Part shown: positions 1-10,100 of the stretch, piece after piece | Numbering within the stretch: the stretch's first letter is position 1 | Layout of the letters: the number at the start of each line of letters is the position of its first letter | Assembly (NCBI GenBank): GCA_963708955.1 | Contig: CAVPWJ010000057.1 | Coordinates: forward strand, 1-56,238 | DNA length: 56,238 nucleotides | DNA from: an uncultured delta proteobacterium | GTDB taxonomy: Bacteria > Desulfobacterota > Binatia > JACPRU01 | Direction: 5' to 3' | Made by a program: the position numbers and the translations under genes | Notes under the pieces: model-generated | Told to the model about the DNA's origin: nothing | Database searches by the model: none | Seen by the model: only the letters and a program-made list of their open reading frames with translations

Positions 1-406
1 CATTTGTATATCCATCAGCACCGCATCGAATTTCTGCTGCTGCACCGACCGCACAGCTTCGGCGCCGTCGTTTGCGGTGCTGACCTCTATTCCGGCACGC
101 ATCAGCAGCTTGGTCGCCAGTTGCCGGTTGAGTTCGTTGTCTTCCACCAGAAGAATACGCAGACCGGACAGGCTCGCAAGGGCTGGCACGCTGGGTACGC
201 CCGTATCGACGGCAAGCTCCTCATGCTGAGAGTTGAAAGGCAGATTGAAGGCAAACACGCTGCCCTCTCCCGGCGTGCTTTCCACCCACATCGTCCCGCC
301 CATCAACTCCACGAAGCGCCTGGAGATCGCCAGCCCCAGTCCCGTTCCGCCGTATTTGCGCGTAGTGGAGGTATCGGCCTGGCTGAAACTCCGCACGGGG
401 CGCAGG
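1..406 (-). pseudogene. Hybrid sensor histidine kinase, 5'-truncated relic (tail of HATPase_c plus start of receiver domain); continues past window start
   Basis: Minus-strand translation reads ...[56 protein letters not shown]...[54 protein letters not shown]. This is a G2 box (GTGLGL) followed by a REC-domain N-terminus. Upstream in frame there is a TAA at 424-426 and no H-box or N-box. Homology stops where the IS begins. Confidence 0.7.
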
Positions 407-2400
407 TTTCCACGCTTCGGCTGTTAGGGGGATGGTGCGCCGAGAGGGGCCGCCGAGGGAGGGTTAGCGGCGGCGCAGGACGAGAGGGCCTCAACGCCAG
501 GAAGAGGGCTCGCCTGGGCGCAAAGCCTTACACCGCAAGGCTTCCGCGTTCCACAACGGCTTGGGGCCCAGGCGAGCGCTTGACACCAGAGGTTGTATGT
601 AGGACTGTCGATGTGTGCCGATAGGAGCACCAAATAGCCTAACAGACTGCAAGCGCTTCTTTGAACGCCCCTCCCACCCGCGCCAGCGCATGTACGAGGC
701 TTTTCGCGCTTACTTCCTCGAGCAACGCCCCTCCCGGGAGGTCGCTCGAACCTTCGGCTACAGCGCGGGCTCCTTCCGCGTGATGTGCCACCAATTCCGT
801 CGCGATCCCGATCCGCGGTTCTTTGCCTCGCCGCTGCCCGGACCCCAGACCCAGCCGAAGAAGTCCCCCGCCCGGGACCTGGTCGTGACCCTGCGCAAGC
901 AGAATCACTCGGTCTACGAAATCGCCGAGGCTCTCGAGGAGCGCAAGATCATCTTGAGCCCGACGGCCGTGCGCGAGGTCCTTCGCGAGGAAGGCTTCGC
1001 TCCCCTGCCTCGTCGCCTTGATGAGGAGCGACCAGCGAGGCTACGGCCCACCGTGGAGGCGGTGGCGGACGCGCGGGAATTCGTTCTTGAGCAACGCAGC
1101 TTCTCGACCTCGTGCGGAGGACTGTTTCTCTTCGTGCCCGATCTCGTCCGTCTCGATGTGGATTCGCTCGCAACGTCCGCTCATCTGCCGGGCTCGCAGA
1201 TGATCCCGGCCGGGCATGCCCTTCGCGCGAGCCTCGCCCTCAAGCTCTGGTCGATCGAGCGCAAGAGCCACGTCATGTCCCTGGTCGCCGACGAGGGCCT
1301 GGGGCTGTTCTGCGGGCTCAACGTGATTCCGAAGAAGAGCTACCTCTCGGAGTATTCCTCCCGCGTCGACCACGCCAAGACCACCCAGCTCCTCGCGGCC
1401 TGGCACCGTCAGGCGGCCGAGGACAAGCTCTTCGCCGCAGAGTCGTTCAATCTGGACTTTCACTCCGTGCCCTACTACGGCGAAGACCCGCAGATAGAGC
1501 GGCATTACGTCTCGGCGCGCAGCCGCCGCCAGCCGAGCGTGCTCGCCTTCCTCGCCCAGGACGCCGAGGGGCGGGCCTTCTGCTACTCCAACGCCGATCT
1601 ACGCAAGGGCGAGGAGGCCGAGGAGGTCTTCCAGTTCGTCTCCTTCTGGAAGAAGCACCACGGGGACTATCCCCGCCACCTCGTCTTCGACTCGCGCCTG
1701 ACGACCTACCGAAACCTCGGCCGCCTCGACGACCTCGGCATCACCTTCATCACGCTTCGCCGCCGCTCCCCGAAGCTTCTCGCCGAGGTCTCGGCTCTGC
1801 CGCCTTCCGCCTGGCGGCGGGTGACCCTCGACGTCCCGGCCCGCAAGTACAAGACCCCAAGGGTCTACAGCGGCTCCGTTCGGCTCGAGGGGCACAGCTT
1901 CCGACAGCTCTTCGTCCTCGATCTCGGCCACGAGGAGCCGACGATCCTGTTGACCAACGACCAGCGCACGACGCCTCAGAAGCTTCTCACCCGCTATGCG
2001 CAGCGCATGCTGATCGAGAACGCTCTCTCGGACGCCGTGCGGTTCTTCCACATGGACGCGCTCTCCTCGGCGGTCGGGCTGAAGGTGGACTTCGACATGG
2101 CGCTTCTCGTCGTCGCCAGCGGCCTCTACCGGCTACTCGCCCGCAGGATGCGCGGCTACGCTGATGCTCAGGCGCGTCACATCTTTCGCGATCTCATCGA
2201 CACCCCCGCCGACGTCACCGTCTCCGGACGCGAGGTGCTGGTTCGCTTCCATCGCCGCGCCCACCTGCCGATCATCCTCGCCTCCGGTCTCCTCGACTCT
2301 CCCGTCAAGGTCCCCTGGTGGAGCGGATTCTCGCTCCGGATGACCGCGTAGATGGCGCCAATCAGCGCCCGCGTTAGGAGAATTCCGGGCCGTGGAAATT
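407..2400 (+). mobile_element. Insertion sequence, IS4-superfamily-like, single DDE transposase
   Basis: A 578-aa transposase ORF is flanked by a candidate imperfect terminal inverted repeat. TTTCCACGCTTCGG at 407-420 matches the reverse complement of 2385-2398 (TTTCCACGGCCCGG) at 11/14, with an 8-nt perfect core. The left end coincides with the break in kinase homology. Ends are approximate. Confidence 0.5.
615..2351 (+). CDS. DDE transposase (IS4-type signature)
   Basis: Long ORF starting at GTG 615. A more conservative ATG at 690 gives MYEAFRAYFLEQRPSREVARTFGYS, an HTH-like N-terminus. Candidate catalytic residues lie in FNLDFHSVPYYG and HLVFDSRLTTY. The Y-x2-R-x3-E signature (YAQRMLIENALSD) is typical of IS4-type transposases. 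Family assigned from motifs, not a search. Confidence 0.8.
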   Translation: MPIGAPNSLTDCKRFFERPSHPRQRMYEAFRAYFLEQRPSREVARTFGYSAGSFRVMCHQFRRDPDPRFFASPLPGPQTQPKKSPARDLVVTLRKQNHSVYEIAEALEERKIILSPTAVREVLREEGFAPLPRRLDEERPARLRPTVEAVADAREFVLEQRSFSTSCGGLFLFVPDLVRLDVDSLATSAHLPGSQMIPAGHALRASLALKLWSIERKSHVMSLVADEGLGLFCGLNVIPKKSYLSEYSSRVDHAKTTQLLAAWHRQAAEDKLFAAESFNLDFHSVPYYGEDPQIERHYVSARSRRQPSVLAFLAQDAEGRAFCYSNADLRKGEEAEEVFQFVSFWKKHHGDYPRHLVFDSRLTTYRNLGRLDDLGITFITLRRRSPKLLAEVSALPPSAWRRVTLDVPARKYKTPRVYSGSVRLEGHSFRQLFVLDLGHEEPTILLTNDQRTTPQKLLTRYAQRMLIENALSDAVRFFHMDALSSAVGLKVDFDMALLVVASGLYRLLARRMRGYADAQARHIFRDLIDTPADVTVSGREVLVRFHRRAHLPIILASGLLDSPVKVPWWSGFSLRMTA

Positions 2401-2437
2401 CAGGCTAGGGAGGGTGCTGCCATGGTAGCGTCTCGCT

Positions 2438-2719
2438 ATGTCCTCGATCGCACACGCGCGGTTCACCACAGTGGACGTCTTCCGGGCAGCTCGGGCTTGT
2501 GGCTTCGCGGCGGAACTACTTCCTACCGGCGACGCGCTGGTCGAGACGCGTATCGTTTCGCGCAACGAGCTCGAGCGAATTGCCCGAGAAACGTCCTCCG
2601 CCGCTGATCTTGCCGAGCTCGTCGAAGACTATCTCGCGGGCATCGTCGCCGAGGAGTCCGCAAGAGAGCCCGGCGTCAATGCGCCCTGGCAGCGGGTGAA
2701 GAGGGAGCTCGGACCCTGA
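2438..2719 (+). CDS. Hypothetical protein (93 aa)
   Basis: ATG-initiated ORF with mostly G/C third positions and non-repetitive acidic sequence (..RNELERIARETSSAADLAELVEDYLAGIVAEE..). No family recognised. Lies just outside the IS right end. Confidence 0.4.
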   Translation: MSSIAHARFTTVDVFRAARACGFAAELLPTGDALVETRIVSRNELERIARETSSAADLAELVEDYLAGIVAEESAREPGVNAPWQRVKRELGP

Positions 2720-2887
2720 GCAGGGGCGCTCTCTACGGCGTCGAGATACGGCCTGCCGCCCAACGTGACCTTCGCCGACTCGCGCGAGAGATGCGGCCGC
2801 GGCTAGAGCCGGTTATCGAGGGTTTGGCCACGTCGCGGCCGGTGCGTGAAGCCATCGCGCGCAGTCGTCAGGCGAAGGAAGATCGCG

Positions 2888-3524
2888 ATGCGAGTCTCCG
2901 TCCAGCGTTGGGTGCGGCTCTCATTACTCGTAGCCGGTGCGGCGCTCGCGGCAGCATCCTGCGGGGGCAACGGCGGCGGTCGTTCGGGGCCGGCCGGCGT
3001 CAGCGACCTGCACTGGTTCTCCACGTGCGGGGATCCTGTCTCATGGGCCATCGAGATCGCGGGGTCGAGCCGTGCACGACCGAGCGCCCGGGCGAGCCGT
3101 GCTCGCCCGAAGGCGCGCGCTGCGATCCCGGCAATTCCTGCAACCAGGACGTGGTTTGCGCCGCGACGGATCCGACGATGAACCCCGGCGGCTGCCCGAT
3201 ATCGAAGCGCGAGTTCAAGGACGCGATCCGCTACCTCACGCCCGAGGACCGCAAGCGCATCCACGACGAGCTGGTGGCGTTCCGTCTCGCGACGTCGGAC
3301 TCCGCACGCCGCGCGCCGACGGAAAGCGGCACTTCGGCTTCGTCATCGACGACGTCGGACCGAGCCCGTCCGTCGAGCCCAACGGAAGCGTGGTCGATCT
3401 CTACGGCTACACGAGCATGGCGGTCGCCGCGGTCCAGCAGCAGGCGGCGGAGATCGACGAGCTGAAGCGAGAGGTCGCGCAGCTCCGCAAGGAGCTGGAA
3501 GCGTCGAGACAGCCCGTCAAGTAG
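2888..3524 (+). pseudogene. Frameshifted lipoprotein with C-terminal peptidase-S74 / intramolecular-chaperone (tail-fibre-like) domain
   Basis: The coding signal hops across three frames. First: signal peptide and lipobox MRVSVQRWVRLSLLVAGAALAAASCGG (ATG 2888). Second, after a shift between ~3030 and ~3070 (two GGGG runs): Cys-rich CTTERPGEPCSPEGARCDPGNSCNQDVVCAATDP then CPISKREFKDAIRYLTPEDRKRIHDELVAFRLAT. Third, after a shift at ~3305-3320: RHFGFVIDDVGPSPSVEPNGSVVDLYGYTSMAVAAVQQQAAEIDELKREVAQLRKELE, stop at 3524. Confidence 0.55.
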
Positions 3525-3822
3525 AAGTCTCTCAGTTCACGGCTGGGTGATCGGCCTCACGAGAGAAGCTGGAGGTCGATTCCGTCGCGGAGTTGGTGCG
3601 CCCGGCCATGCTTTCGAGGAGCGCACCGACCACCAGAAGAGAGTGGGCGATTCATCCAAAGACGAGTCCCAGGAGAGCGACAGCTCCGCGGGTTCGCTCG
3701 GCCGGGAAGTTTCAGAACCCTGAACGTTCGTGTGCACGGAAGAGCCGTGCTAGAGTCTCTGTTGGCTTCACGAATCGTGGAAGGCGCTGGGCAGTGGGAT
3801 TGTCCGGGGACAGGATACGCGA

Positions 3823-4104
3823 ATGGAAGCGTTCGTCGAGGGAACGATCTACGACACGAGTGGGGCGACCGCCGTCGAGAGCCGCGACAACGGCCGCACG
3901 GACTCGAGGTGGCACTCTGAAACACTCTACAAGCGAAACGCCGACGGGGCGTTTTTCCTGCACACGAAGGGAGCCCCTCTCTCCAGATACTCGGAGATCC
4001 GGAGCCGCGTCTGCTTCGGCACGGAGACGATTTTACCGCTCTCCGCCGCCAAGGCCGAGCAGTGGATCCGGTCGCTTTCGGATCGGCACGTGTGCGCTCT
4101 CTAA
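3823..4104 (+). CDS. Hypothetical protein (93 aa), 13 nt upstream of and co-oriented with the glucan synthase
   Basis: ATG ORF with coding-like third-position G/C and a balanced composition (MEAFVEGTIYDTSGATAVESRDNGRTDSRWHSETLYKRNADGAFFLHTKG...). No family recognised. Confidence 0.45.
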   Translation: MEAFVEGTIYDTSGATAVESRDNGRTDSRWHSETLYKRNADGAFFLHTKGAPLSRYSEIRSRVCFGTETILPLSAAKAEQWIRSLSDRHVCAL

Positions 4105-4116
4105 CCGTGGCGTCGC

Positions 4117-7100
4117 GTGCGTGAACCTCCGCGACGCGGCAACGGTCGAAGTGCGCTGCTCCTCGGCGCATCCTGGCGGTTCGTGACCGGTCGTCCGTCC
4201 TCGATCAAGGCGGCCGTCGATCTCGAAGAACCCATCCGAGCGGAGCTCTTCGGCACGGAGCGTCTCGAGCAGCACGCGGAAACACTCGCCCGCGCGCAGC
4301 GGGTCACGACTGGACGGCGTCGCGGTCGGAGCGTCGTACCGCGCGTGGAAGAGAACGGCCGCTCCCTCCTCAAGTCGTACCGCGCCGAAGCGCAAGCGAT
4401 ACGGGAAGGGCGCTCGATCACCCCGGCGGCCGAATGGCTCGTCGACAATTTTCACATCGTCGAGGAGCAGATCCGCGAGATCCACGACGACCTGCCGCCG
4501 AGCTTCTACCGGGAGCTGCCGAAGCTGGTCGAAGGACATTTGGAGGGCTTCCCGCGTGTTCTCGGGATCGCGTGGGCGTTCGTGGCCCATACCGACAGTC
4601 GCTTCGATCCGGAGATGCTCCACCGCTTCGTCCGCGCCTACCAACGAGTCGCGCCGCTGACGATCGGAGAGCTGTGGGCGGTCGCGATCGCGCTCCGTAT
4701 CGTTCTGGTCGAAAACCTGCGGCGCCTTGCGGAGCGGATCGTTCGGTCCCGAGCCGCCCGCGAAGAGGCCGACGGACTCGCGGACGGTCTGCTCGGCGTG
4801 CCTGGCCGCACTCGGCTCTCGCCCGCAACCGCTCTTCGGCGCTTCGAGGATGTTCCGCTCGCACGCGCGTTCGCGGTTCAGCTGGCGCAACGGCTGCGCG
4901 AGCAGGATCCCGCCGTGATGCCGGCGCTGCGGTGGCTCGACGAGCGCCTCGCGGAGCAGAGGACGACCGTCGACAATCTCGTGGACATCGAGCTGCAAAG
5001 CCAGGGCGCGGCGAACGTCACCGTACGAAACGTCATCAGCAGCATGCGGTTCATGTCGGTGTTCGACTGGGAGAGCTTCTTCGAAGGCGTCAGCCTGGTC
5101 GACGAGACCCTCCGCGGTGGCGCGGAGTTCTCCGCGATGGACTTCCAAACGCGCGACCGCTACCGCCACGCGGTCGAGGAGATCGCGCGAGGGTCGGGGC
5201 GCTCGGAGCTCGAGGTGAGCGCCGAGGCTCTGCGGCGCGCGCAGCGCCCGAGTGGAGACGCCGGTGGCGGCCCGGGCGATCGCCAGGGGGATCCCGGCTA
5301 CTATCTGATCGCGAAGGGGAGGAGCGGCTTCGAGGCGGATCTCGGCTGCCGCATTTCCCCGATGCGCCGGGTGCTCCGCGCGTACGTTACGACCGCCAAC
5401 CCCGGCTACGTCCTCACCCTTGCCGTCGTGAGCGTCGCGCTCGTCGCGCTTCCGCTCTCGCAGCTCGGCGCGGCCGGCATCGGCCCGGCGTCGGCGATCT
5501 TCCTTGCGATCCTCCTCCTCTTTCCGGCTTCCGACCTCGCCGTCGCGCTGGTGAATCGCGCCGTGACGGAGATCATCGGTCCTCGCTCGCTTCCGAAGCT
5601 CGAGCTTCGGGACGGCGTCCCAGCGAGCCTGCGGACGATCGTCGTCGTGCCAACCCTGCTCACGAGCGAAGACGAGATCCACGAGCTGATCGACCGACTC
5701 GAGGTACACTATCTCGCCACTCCGGACGGCGCGGTGCACTTCGCGCTGCTTTCCGACTGGACGGACTCAACCGTCGAGCATGCGCCCGGCGATGACGACC
5801 TCCTCGCCGCGGCGACGGCCGGGATCGCGCGGTTGAACGCGCTCCATGGCGCGGTCCCGGGAGGTGGACAGCGGTTCTTTCTGCTCCACCGACGCCGCGT
5901 CTGGAACGAGAGCGAGCGAAAATGGATGGGTTGGGAGCGCAAGCGCGGCAAGCTCCGGGAGCTGAACCGGCTTCTCCGGCGCGGAGCGGACACGACGTTC
6001 GTGCCGTTCCCCGACGGCGCGTCGCCGATGCCTCCCGACATTCGCTACGTCATCACTCTCGACGCCGACACGCGCCTGACGCGCGGCGCCGCGGTTCGCC
6101 TCGTCGGGACGATGGCCCATCCGCTGAACCGGCCCCGGCTCGACCCGGCCGAGTCGCGCGTCGTCGAGGGCTACGGACTCTTGCAGCCCCGCATCACCTC
6201 GTCGCTGCCGACGAGAAGCGACGCATCGCTCTTCCAGCGCATCTTCTCGGGACCCTCGGGCATCGATCCGTATGCCTCCGCGATCTCCGACGTGTACCAG
6301 GATCTCTTTCACGAGGGGTCTTACACGGGAAAGGGGATCTACGACCTCGACGTGTTCGAAGCGGCCCTCGCCGGACGCGTGCAGGAGAATGCGCTCCTGA
6401 GTCACGATCTCTTCGAAGGGATCTTCGCGCGCGCCGGCCTCGTAACCGACATCGAGCTCTTCGAGGACTTCCCCTCGCACTACGAGGTCGCCGCGGCTCG
6501 GCAGCACCGCTGGGCGCGGGGCGACTGGCAGCTCCTGCCCTGGGTCCTGGGCCACGCGCGCGACGGAAGCGGTCGCCTCGTGCGGACCAGCATCCCGGCG
6601 ATTGGCAAGTGGAAGCTTCTCGACAACCTGCGCCGCTCCCTGTCGTCCCCGGCGGCCTTTCTCACGCTCCTCGTCGGATGGACGCTCCCTGGCGCTTCGC
6701 CCGCCGTCTGGACGAGCTTCGTACTCGCGAGCATCGCGATCCCGGCCCTTCTGCCCTTTTTCCTCGGGATCGTGCCGCGGCGGCGCGGTATCGCGAAGCG
6801 GATGCACGCTCACGCGGTCGCGATGGACCTCGCCCTCGCCGTCTCCCACGTTGCGGTCGCCGTCACCATGCTCGCCCACCAGGGCTGGTTGATGATCGAT
6901 GCCGTTGTCCGGAGCCTCGCGCGCCTCTATGTGACACGCCGCCGTCTTCTCGAGTGGATGCCGGCGGCGCGGGCGCGATCCGGCCTCGATCTCACGCTGA
7001 AAGGCGTGTACACGCGCCTCGCCAGCGCTCCGGCGCTCGCCGGCGGCGCGGCAGCGATCGTCCTACTCGCGCACCCCGCATCCGCTTCCATCGCAACACC

Positions 7101-10100
7101 GTTCCTCTTCCTGTGGGCATTTTCGCCCGCGGTCGCGCTCTGGGTAAGCCTGCCGCCGCGCGGCGCGGGTACGCCCTCGCTCTCGGCCGAAAACGTGCGC
7201 ACCCTACGGCTGATTGCGCGTCGGACATGGCGCTTCTTCGAGACCTTCGTCGGCCCGGAAGATCATGAGCTTCCACCCGACAATTTCCAGGAGGAGCCGA
7301 GGCCGGTCGTTGCCCACCGCACCTCGCCGACGAACCTCGGCATGGCGCTGCTCTCCACCGTCGCCGCCCGCGACCTCGGATGGATCGGAACCGTCGATAT
7401 GGTCGAACGGCTCGAGGCCACGCTGGGCACGATGTCCCGGCTCGAGCGCTTCCGCGGTCATTTTTACAACTGGTATGATACGCGCGACCTCCGCCCGCTC
7501 GAGCCCAAGTACGTCTCGTCGGTCGACAGCGGCAATCTCGCCGGACATCTACTCGCGCTGTCGAACGCGTGTCGCGAGCTGATCGACCAGCCACTCCTCG
7601 ACGCCCGAGTGCGGGAGGGGATCCTCGACGCAGTGCTCCTCACTCGGGCCTCGGTCGACGCGCTCGGCGACCAGCGTCGTCCGGAGCTGGTCAGCCGGAA
7701 GCACCTAGACGATGCGCTGAAAACATTCGCCGCCGGGCTCGAATCCGTTCCCTCGACGCCTGTCCAGTGGTCCGCTCGCCTGGTGGAGCTCCAGGCGAGC
7801 GCGGACAACGTGGTCGACATCGCGCGTGCTCTCCTCGGGGAGGCCCCCGACACGGCCGAGGCGGAGATCCTTGCCTGGGCGGACGCGGCGCGCGCCAGCG
7901 TCGCGAGCCACGCGCGCGATCTCGAGCTCCTACCCGTGTCCGCGTGGCGCGCTGCCGACGTGGCCGGGGGATCGATGTCGAGCCTCGGCGCGATGGCCGA
8001 GCGCTGCGAGGCCGCGATCGCAGGTGCGGCCGAGGTGGCGGTCGGCGACCTCGAGCGCGCGGCCGACGCGCTCGTCCGCCGACTCTCGACGCTCGCCCGG
8101 CGCGCCGACGATCTCTTCCACGGCATGGAGTTCGGCTTTCTCTTCGATCCTGTGCGAAAGCTCTTCGCGATCGGCTACCGCGTGAGCGACGGCAGCCTCG
8201 ACCCCAACTGCTACGATCTCCTGGCCTCCGAGGCCCGGCTCACGAGCTTCATCGCGATCGCCAAGGGCGACGTTCCGTCCACACACTGGTTCCGGCTCGG
8301 CCGCGCACTGACGCCGGTGGATCGGGGGTCGGCGCTCGTCTCGTGGTCGGGCTCGATGTTCGAGTACCTGATGCCGAGCCTCGTGCTCTCCTCGCCGCCG
8401 TCGAGCCTCTTCGACCTCACGTGCCGGCTCGTGGTGCGGCGGCAGATCGAGTACGGGCGGAAACGGGGAGTGGCGTGGGGCGTCTCGGAGTCCGCCTTCA
8501 ACGCCCGCGACCTCGAGCACACGTATCAGTACTCGAGCTTCGGCGTCCCGGGGCTCGGCCTGAAGCGCGGCCTCAGCGAGGACGTCGTCATCGCACCCTA
8601 TGCGACGGCACTGGCCGCGATGGTCGACCCGGAGGCCGCCGTGAAGAACTTCGCGCGCATCGAGACGGCAGGCGGGAGCGGCCGATACGGCTTCTACGAG
8701 GCGCTCGATTACACCCCCACGCGGGTACCCGAGGGAGCCTCCGTGGCCGTGGTGCACGCGTACATGGCGCACCACCAGGGCATGACGCTGGTCGCGCTTG
8801 CGAACGTGCTCAGCGGCGGCATCATGCAGGCGCGCTTCCACGCCGAGCCGATCGTGCGAGCGACGGAGCTCCTGCTCCAGGAGCGTACGCCGCGCGATGT
8901 CCTCGTCGCCCGACCGCGCGCCGAGGAAGTCGAAGCAGCGGCGCACGTGCGAGACGTCATCCCTCCGACCCTCCGGCGCTTCCACTCGCCGCATGACCCG
9001 ACGCCTCGCACGCATCTCCTCTCGAATGGGCGCTACGTCGTGATGATCACCGCGGCGGGCTCGGGCTACAGCCGCTGGCGGGATCTCGCCGTCACGCGCT
9101 GGCGCGAGGACGTCACGCGCGACTGCTGGGGCACCTACGTCTTCCTCCGCGACGTGGCGAGCGGCGAAGTCTGGTCCGCGGGATACCAGCCGAGCGGCGC
9201 CGAGCCGACGTCCTATGAAGTCGCCTACTCCGAGGATCGCGCGCAGATCGTCCGGCGCGACGGCGCGATCACGTCCACGCTCGAGGTCGTCGTGTCCCCG
9301 GAGGACGACGCGGAGCTCCGCCGCGTATCCCTGACGAACAGCGGACTGCGAACGCGCGAGATCGAGCTCACGTCTTATGCCGAGATCGTTCTCGCGCCGC
9401 CCGGCGCCGACGCCGCCCATCCGGCCTTCTCGAATCTCTTCGTCCAGACGGAGTTTGCCGCGGCGCTCAATGCGCTCCTCGCGACCCGCCGGCCCCGCCA
9501 CACGGGCGAAGCCCAGATTTGGGCCGTACACGTCCTGGCCGTCGAGGGGGAGACGGTCGGGGAGGTCGAGTTCGAGACCGACCGAGCGCGCTTTCTCGGG
9601 CACGGGCGCGGGATCCGGACACCGATGTCCGTGATCGACGGACATCCACTGTCCGGGACGGTTGGCTCCGTCCTCGACCCGATCGTGAGCCTTCGGCGCC
9701 GTGTCCGGATTCCATCCGGGGGTGCCGTTCGAGTCACCTTTTCGACCGTGGTCGCCACCACGCGCGACGAGGCCCTCGGCCTCGCCGACAAGTATTCCGC
9801 CCCGTCAGCGTTCGAGCGTGTGGCCACGCTCGCTTGGACGCAGGCTCAGGTACAGCTGCACCACCTCGGGGTCGGGACCGACGAAGCTCACCTCTTCCAG
9901 CGCCTCGCCAATCGCGTCCTCTACTCCGATCCAACCCTCCGGCCGGCGCCGGACGCTCTCGCGCGGAACACGCTCGGCCAGGTGGCGCTCTGGCCGTACG
10001 GCATCTCCGGGGACCTGCCCATCGTCCTCGTGCGGATCGACGAGCCGGAAGACCGGGAAATTGTGCGCCAGTGTCTCCGCGCGCACGAGTACTGGCGCAC

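Noticed and set aside
403-2415. Possible 4-bp target duplication CAGG (403-406 and 2401-2404), plus a GTTAGG-N27/28-AGGGAGGGT direct similarity (423-464 vs 2373-2415) at the IS ends
   Set aside because: The sequence beyond the right end does not continue the kinase, so a clean duplication is doubtful. The second pattern straddles the candidate right inverted repeat, and its interior matches only at about chance level.
3700-3765. Possible third, more diverged copy of the TTCGTGTG..hairpin..TAG motif (GTTCGTGTGCACGGAAGAGCCGTGCTAGAG) upstream of ORF 3823
   Set aside because: Only about 10 contiguous identical nt plus short islands match. The hairpin GCACGG-aagag-CCGTGC is suggestive, but two-way similarity this short cannot be separated from chance without a statistical search.
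4033-9645. Long antisense or alternate-frame ORFs inside the glucan synthase gene (for example 4033..5739, 5767..6879, 7930..9645 on the minus strand, and several plus-strand ORFs)
   Set aside because: Arg/Pro/Gly/Ala-rich, low-complexity translations are typical of stop-poor off-frames in high-GC DNA. The sense frame has clear family motifs throughout.
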